This document shows, one piece after another, positions 43,834 to 48,932 of a stretch of DNA of 51,860 bases. The notes beneath the pieces were generated by a model that was not told the DNA's origin, made no database searches, and saw only the letters and a program-made list of their open reading frames with translations. Position 1 is the first letter of the stretch, and each line of letters begins with the position of its first letter. Origin of the DNA: a candidate division WOR-3 bacterium (GTDB taxonomy: Bacteria > Hydrothermota > UBA3073 > JACQXS01); NCBI GenBank assembly GCA_023129235.1, contig JAGMCN010000046.1:1-51860 (forward strand), in the 5' to 3' direction. The position numbers and the translations under genes were made by a program.

Positions 43834-43889
43834 AAAGCAAGCTTAAATCACGCACTAGCTGTGAGTGCTTTTGGCTTGCTTTTTTTGTT
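43834..43889 (+). terminator. second, T-tailed terminator candidate
   Basis: AAAGCAAGC (43834..43842) pairs with GCTTGCTTT (43874..43882) across a structured 31-nt loop, followed by TTTTGTTT. Confidence 0.5.
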
Positions 43890-43890
43890 T

Positions 43891-44319
43891 ATGAAAAAAC
43901 AACAGTTTCTAAACTTCTTTACTGTATTTATAATCTTTCTATTGATCATCGTAGTGATTTCTTTATGTTTCCTTCTATTAGATATAGAAGAGAAGCTTAA
44001 GGAAACTAAGACAGAGTTAGTATTTTTTTCAGAAAGATGGGGTGAATGTCAATCTGGATGGATAACTCAGAGTAAAGAATATCAAGAATATATCGAATTA
44101 GATCGAATCTTTAAAAAAGTAGCGGCTGGAGTTTATGATGAAGAGAATCATAATTGTATGGATTTCAGTAACGAACTCCATTTAGAATTAAATAAACTAA
44201 ATATTAAAAACGAAGTCATTATAGGAACTATCCCAGACGGTCCCCATGCTTGGATTTTAATCTGGGTGGAACCAGTAGATGGAAGCTTTATTAAAGTTAA
44301 CGCTCCATATAAGAGATAA
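43891..44319 (+). CDS. membrane-anchored transglutaminase-like (papain-fold Cys-His-Asp) protein
   Basis: ATG 43891 is preferred over the track GTG 43861, which lies inside the terminator hairpin. TM helix FLNFFTVFIIFLLIIVVISLCFLLL. HNCMDFSNELHLELNKLNIKNEVIIGTIPDGPHAWILIWVEPVDG matches the transglutaminase-core pattern G.C.dfa......lgi.ar.v.G......HaW.ev......D. Confidence 0.5.
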   Translation: MKKQQFLNFFTVFIIFLLIIVVISLCFLLLDIEEKLKETKTELVFFSERWGECQSGWITQSKEYQEYIELDRIFKKVAAGVYDEENHNCMDFSNELHLELNKLNIKNEVIIGTIPDGPHAWILIWVEPVDGSFIKVNAPYKR

Positions 44320-47300
44320 ATGTTTGAACATATATTAAAAAAATTAGAATCATGGAAGCCAATACATCTGTGTTGGTGGTTTGAGAAACACGGAAAGCCT
44401 ATTCCTAAATATTTTATTGGACAGTCTTCCTCGAGTTCTTCATCTTCTTCTTCTTTTTCAAGCTCCTCTTCCTTTTCAACAGGGGCTTGGCTTGATGGAT
44501 GGAGATATCGAATTAAGATAACTATCCCAGACAACCGAAAAGAAGCAGATTTATCTTATTTTCCAGTAACTATATTTTTAAACGATAATGCTGGAATAAA
44601 CAGTGATGATGTCACCGCTATTTTTGATGAGGTGGGAAGTTCTTCTCAAAAAATTGCTCTTACTAAAGCTGATGGAACAACTCAGCTTTACTGTGAGGTA
44701 GAAAGCTGGAATAGTGGAACTGAAAAAGCTGTAATCCATGTTAGTAAATCAGATTGGAATTTAATTGATAGTTGCGATACGGTTTTTTATTTATATTTTG
44801 ATAATAGACAAGCAGATAATACGACTTATATAGGCGATGATCCAGATGATGCCGCGACTCATGCCGTATGGAATAGTGGTTATAAATTTGTTTCTCACAT
44901 GAAGGATTCTGGATCCTCTGCAATTAAGGATTCTACAGATAATAATAATGATGGGACAAAGAAAGCGGCAAACCAACCTAATCAAGTTGCTGGTAAAATA
45001 GCTAGAGCTCAAGATTTTGATCTTGCGAATGAGGAATATATAGATATGGATTCAACCACCGCACCAATGACAGGATTATTAGTAGAGGGCTGGATAAATC
45101 CTGAGAGTGATGGATCGGCTATGACTATAGCTGCAGATATGTATGATACGGCTGCATGGGCAGATTGTTCCTGGTACGTAATGAGAAATACAGATGATAA
45201 AATTTTTACTATTTCTTATAAAGCTGGTGGAGCCTTATGGAGTCTCGTATCAACTACTGCAATTACGGCTGCAGATGGTTGGAAACATAGTGCTGTAAGA
45301 TGGAATGGAAGTAATGTTTATATTTATTTAAACGGAGTTCAGGATGAAACTGCAGTTGCTTCAGGAGTGATGAGTGCTCATGCTTCAAGAGAATTTACGA
45401 TAGGAAGACAAAAAGATGCTGCTACTTATAAACAATATTATGATGGAATAATAGATGAATTTAGAGTTTCAAATACTGGAAGAAGTGCAGCTTGGGTAAA
45501 AGCTTCTTACTATGAAGGAGCAGATGACTTTGTTTATTTTTCTGCTGCGGAGGGAAATCCTTCATCATCATCATCTTCAAGTTCTTCACAAGAATCTATT
45601 TCTTCTTGCTCATCTTCATTTAGTTCTAGCAGTTCTAGCAGTTCTTCTTCAAGTAAATCTTCTTCTTCATCACTTAGTGCTGTTTGTGGAACTGGACTTT
45701 ATGAAAAACAACAAGATCGAAGTGTTTTACTAGCTAGTCTGTATGGAGTAAATTGGTTATGTCAAACTTTTACTCCTCAAGAAGCTCATTTAATTAAATG
45801 TGTAAGACTTGTTTTTGACAGAGTCGGGGCGGGTGATTTTACGATTACAGCTAGTATTAAAGCAGTAGATGGTAATCATAAACCAACAGGACCAGTTTTA
45901 TGTAGTGGAACGATGAGCACTGATGATATATCTGGAAATGATTGGTATACGATTAATTTAGGAAATGGAACTAATTTATCAGCAGCTACTGAGTATGCAA
46001 TTGAATTTAAATGCCCGGATGCTGATAATGATAATCGCCCAAGAGCATATGGAAGAGATTCTGATGTTTATGCAGGAGGAAAATGTTTTGTATCTCCAGA
46101 TAGCGGAGGAACATGGAATATTCAAACCTGGGATTTTGCCTTTGAGGATTGGGGTCAGGAAACTTCCTCAAGTAGTTCTTCTAGTTGCTCTAGTTCTTTT
46201 AGTTCATCTAGCTCATGTTCTTGTTCTTCATCAGCGAGTTGTGTTCATGATACCCAGCATGATAATTGTGTTTTAGATGACAATGATGTCATATCAATAG
46301 CTGACACTAAATGGTTAGCACAATCGTTTACTCCATCAATTTCCTATCATATTTGTCGCGTAAAAGTTAAACTTGAAAAAAATGGAACACCGCCAACTAC
46401 CACTACTTTTGGCATTCGGAACACAGATGGTAATGGTCATCCAACTGGAGCTGATTTATGTTCAGGGGTCTTAGGACCTGGGCCTGCAGCTGGATGGATA
46501 GAGATTATTTTAGGAGCTGGTTATGATCTTATTCAAGGTACAAAATATGCAGTAGTTGGAAGAGCTCCGTCTGGAGTAGGTGGTGATTGTTGGCGATGGA
46601 GATTTGATAATACAGCCGGAAGTTATACCAGAGGAAATGCACTGGATTCAGATGATTCGGGAGGAACCTGGGGTGACTTAGCTCAGGGTGATGAAGATTG
46701 GATGTTTGATTTATATGGAGATACTGGATCTTCATCTTCATCAAGTTCGAATTCAAGTTGTTCTAGTTCTTTTAGTAGTTCTTCTAGTAATAGTTCATTT
46801 AGTTCTAGTTCATGCTCAAGCAGTTTTTCATCTAGTTCATCTTCTAGTTCATCTTTTAGCAGTAGCTCTTGTTCTTCTAGTTTTTCTTCCTCTAGTTGCT
46901 CGAGCTCATTTAGCAGTAGTAGTTCATGTTCTAGTAGCTTTAGTTTCTCAAGTTGCTCTTCTTCATTTAGTAGTAGCTCTTGTAGTTCATCATTTAGTTC
47001 CAGTAGCAGTTCTTTTAGTTCATCTTCAAGCTGTAGCTCATCCTTTAGTAGCAGCTCATGTTCAAGCAGTTTTTGTTCTTCTAGTAGCTCATTAAGTTTT
47101 TCATCAAGTTGTTCTTGTAGCTCATCTTTTAGCTCTAGCTCTTCCAGCTTTAGCTCTTCTAGTTGCTCAAGCTCTTTCTCTTCTAGCTCCTGTAGCAGTA
47201 GCTTCAGTAGCTCAAGCTCAAGTTTTAGTAGTTCTTCTTCTTCAAGCTTTAGTTCTAGTAGTAGTAGCTTCTCATCTAGTTCAAGTTTCAGTTCTAGCTC

Positions 47301-48930
47301 CTCAAGTTTCTCTTCTTCTAGTAGCTGTTTAAGTTCTTCTTCAAGCTCCTGTTCATCATCGTTTAGCTCATCCTCAAGCTGTAGTAGTTTTAGCAGTTCA
47401 TCCTGTAGCTCGTCTTTCAGTAGCTCTTCATGTAGTAGTTCATTTAGTTCTTCAAGTTCTTCAAGTTCATTTTCTTCTAGCTCCTACAGTAGTTGTAGTA
47501 GTTCTAGTAGTCTTAGTCTTTCATCCTCATCAAGTTCAAGTTGCTCATCATCTTTTAGCTCTTCTAGTTGTAGTTCCTCATTTAGTAGTAGCTCAAGCTC
47601 AAACTCTTTCAGTAGCAGCAGTTCAAGTTCATCTTTTAGCTCAAGCTCAAGTAGCTTTTCAAATTCAAGTAGCGAATCAAATAGTAGTTCAAGTTCATCA
47701 ATAAGTATAAGCTCATCAAGTAGTAGTGAATCAAAGAGCTCATCATCAAGTTCTAAATCAATATCAAGTAGCTCAAGCTCTCAATCAACAAGTATTTCCA
47801 GTTCCTCAAGTTGTTCAAGTTCTTTCAGTTCAAGTTCGGAATCAATTTCGACTTCAAGTAGTTCATCATCACAATCAATTTCCTCCAGTAGCAGTTCTGA
47901 ATCAACAAGTTTAAGCTCTAGTAGCTCAAGCCAAAGTTTAAGCAGTTCTAGTTCTTCGGAAAGTATTTCAACTTCAATTTCTTCTAGTAGTAGCTCGTTT
48001 AGCTTTAGCTCAAGCTCGAGTAGCTTTAGTTCTAGTTCAAGCTCCTCAAGTTTAAGTTCAAGCTCAAGTTCTGAAAGTACTTCATTAAGTAGCAGTTCTG
48101 AATCAATTTCAAGTTCTTCATCTTCTGAGAGCATTTCATCAAGTTCTAGTTCATCTTATAGTTCAGAGTCCATGAGCTTAAGTAGCTCTTCGGAATCCCA
48201 AAGCTCATCAAGCTCATCTGAATCTATAAGCTGTAGTTCATCAAGCGAATCGATATCAAATAGTTCAAGTTCTCAATCGATAAGTAATTCTAGTTCATCT
48301 AGTAGTTCTAGTTCTTTAAGCTCAAGCTCAGAATCAACCTCGATCTCTAGTAGTTCTTGTTCATCATCAATCTCATCTAGTAGTAACTCAGAGTCACTAA
48401 GTTCTAGTTCTAGTAGTCAAAGTGAGAGCTTCAGCAGTAGCTGTTCTTCAAGCTGTAGTTCAGAATCAATAAGTAAAAGTAGCTCCTCTAGCAGTTCCGA
48501 ATCCGAAAGCTTAAGTAGCTCTTCGAGTAGTTCTCAGTCAATTTCAAGTTGCTCTAGTAGTTCAGGATATCCTACTTCATGGTGCATAGCTTGGGGAGAA
48601 CAGAACCCAGGAGCGGGTCATACTCCCGAGGGATGGTCAACTTGGTCAGATGGAACAGGTGGAAATCCCACCATTTTAGGAGATCCAGATTGGGGACAAT
48701 TACAGTTAGTATTAAATGAAGTTGCTAATAGTCCAATACATCATTTTGGATCTTTAAATTCGTCGGTCACTGTAGTTTCAAATATTAATGTAGGATCTGT
48801 AGAAGTTTATTATCGTCAGTCAGCCACGGCATTTGGACAGGATGATTTGGCTCCAGCTTGGGTATTAAAAATTACAGGGACTATTCATTTAAATCAATCT
48901 TATCGGCAGATAAGATTAAAAGGAGCATAA
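44320..48930 (+). CDS. fibre/adhesin-like protein 1: N-terminal anchor, DUF2341-like and LamG (concanavalin-like lectin) domains, two ~155-aa beta modules, 612-aa Ser-rich tract, C-terminal domain
   Basis: DGWRYRIKITIPDN...LSYFPVTIFLND...FYLYFDN fits the DUF2341 pattern. KDSTDNNNDGT...LLVEGWINPE...WKHSAVRWNGSNVYIYLNG...YDGIIDEFRVSN fits LamG/Laminin_G_3. Ser linkers lie at about 44425..44480, 45560..45680 and 46161..46239. Confidence 0.8.
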   Translation: MFEHILKKLESWKPIHLCWWFEKHGKPIPKYFIGQSSSSSSSSSSFSSSSSFSTGAWLDGWRYRIKITIPDNRKEADLSYFPVTIFLNDNAGINSDDVTAIFDEVGSSSQKIALTKADGTTQLYCEVESWNSGTEKAVIHVSKSDWNLIDSCDTVFYLYFDNRQADNTTYIGDDPDDAATHAVWNSGYKFVSHMKDSGSSAIKDSTDNNNDGTKKAANQPNQVAGKIARAQDFDLANEEYIDMDSTTAPMTGLLVEGWINPESDGSAMTIAADMYDTAAWADCSWYVMRNTDDKIFTISYKAGGALWSLVSTTAITAADGWKHSAVRWNGSNVYIYLNGVQDETAVASGVMSAHASREFTIGRQKDAATYKQYYDGIIDEFRVSNTGRSAAWVKASYYEGADDFVYFSAAEGNPSSSSSSSSSQESISSCSSSFSSSSSSSSSSSKSSSSSLSAVCGTGLYEKQQDRSVLLASLYGVNWLCQTFTPQEAHLIKCVRLVFDRVGAGDFTITASIKAVDGNHKPTGPVLCSGTMSTDDISGNDWYTINLGNGTNLSAATEYAIEFKCPDADNDNRPRAYGRDSDVYAGGKCFVSPDSGGTWNIQTWDFAFEDWGQETSSSSSSSCSSSFSSSSSCSCSSSASCVHDTQHDNCVLDDNDVISIADTKWLAQSFTPSISYHICRVKVKLEKNGTPPTTTTFGIRNTDGNGHPTGADLCSGVLGPGPAAGWIEIILGAGYDLIQGTKYAVVGRAPSGVGGDCWRWRFDNTAGSYTRGNALDSDDSGGTWGDLAQGDEDWMFDLYGDTGSSSSSSSNSSCSSSFSSSSSNSSFSSSSCSSSFSSSSSSSSSFSSSSCSSSFSSSSCSSSFSSSSSCSSSFSFSSCSSSFSSSSCSSSFSSSSSSFSSSSSCSSSFSSSSCSSSFCSSSSSLSFSSSCSCSSSFSSSSSSFSSSSCSSSFSSSSCSSSFSSSSSSFSSSSSSSFSSSSSSFSSSSSFSSSSSSFSSSSSCLSSSSSSCSSSFSSSSSCSSFSSSSCSSSFSSSSCSSSFSSSSSSSSFSSSSYSSCSSSSSLSLSSSSSSSCSSSFSSSSCSSSFSSSSSSNSFSSSSSSSSFSSSSSSFSNSSSESNSSSSSSISISSSSSSESKSSSSSSKSISSSSSSQSTSISSSSSCSSSFSSSSESISTSSSSSSQSISSSSSSESTSLSSSSSSQSLSSSSSSESISTSISSSSSSFSFSSSSSSFSSSSSSSSLSSSSSSESTSLSSSSESISSSSSSESISSSSSSSYSSESMSLSSSSESQSSSSSSESISCSSSSESISNSSSSQSISNSSSSSSSSSLSSSSESTSISSSSCSSSISSSSNSESLSSSSSSQSESFSSSCSSSCSSESISKSSSSSSSESESLSSSSSSSQSISSCSSSSGYPTSWCIAWGEQNPGAGHTPEGWSTWSDGTGGNPTILGDPDWGQLQLVLNEVANSPIHHFGSLNSSVTVVSNINVGSVEVYYRQSATAFGQDDLAPAWVLKITGTIHLNQSYRQIRLKGA
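45685..46160 (+). repeat. fibre module copy A1 (~155 aa; ..W.CQTFTP....H...CVRL...R.G.G.FTIT.SIKAVDGNH.PTG..LCSG..)
   Basis: Aligns along its full length with 49063..49541 in the second fibre gene. Confidence 0.7.
46240..46722 (+). repeat. fibre module copy B1 (CVHDTQHDNC...WLAQSFTPS...IRNTDGNGHPTG...DLYGD)
   Basis: Aligns with 51378..51860 in the second fibre gene. The last 132 nt are identical. Confidence 0.8.
46591..46722 (+). repeat. 132-nt exact direct repeat, copy 1
   Basis: Identical by eye to 51729..51860. One T/C mismatch lies immediately upstream (46590 vs 51728). Further upstream the two copies are clearly diverged. Confidence 0.85.
46729..48564 (+). repeat. 612-codon serine-dominated low-complexity tract
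   Basis: In frame within fibre 1. The first ~310 codons use almost only S/C/F (SSCSSSFSSSS-type periodicity). After about nt 47660 the pattern switches to S/E/I/Q/T/L (SSSSSESISSSSSSQSTS type). Ser codons alternate between AGY and TCN. Confidence 0.9.
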
Positions 48931-48932
48931 AT

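Noticed and set aside
43861-43890. Track start (GTG 43861) for the membrane protein ORF
   Set aside because: It lies inside the loop and 3' arm of the T-tailed terminator hairpin (43834..43889). ATG 43891 follows the T-run and precedes the TM helix.
44148-45012. Minus-strand ORFs 44148..44534, 44741..44923 and 44791..45012
   Set aside because: They are antisense to the transglutaminase-like gene and to the fibre 1 N-terminus and DUF2341 region. The EEELE run in the first is simply the reverse complement of the Ser linker.
46729-48564. CRISPR array or satellite-type nucleotide repeat in the periodic Ser region
   Set aside because: There is no fixed-length repeat and spacer organisation. The periodicity is at codon and amino-acid level only, and the region is in frame with flanking conserved protein modules.
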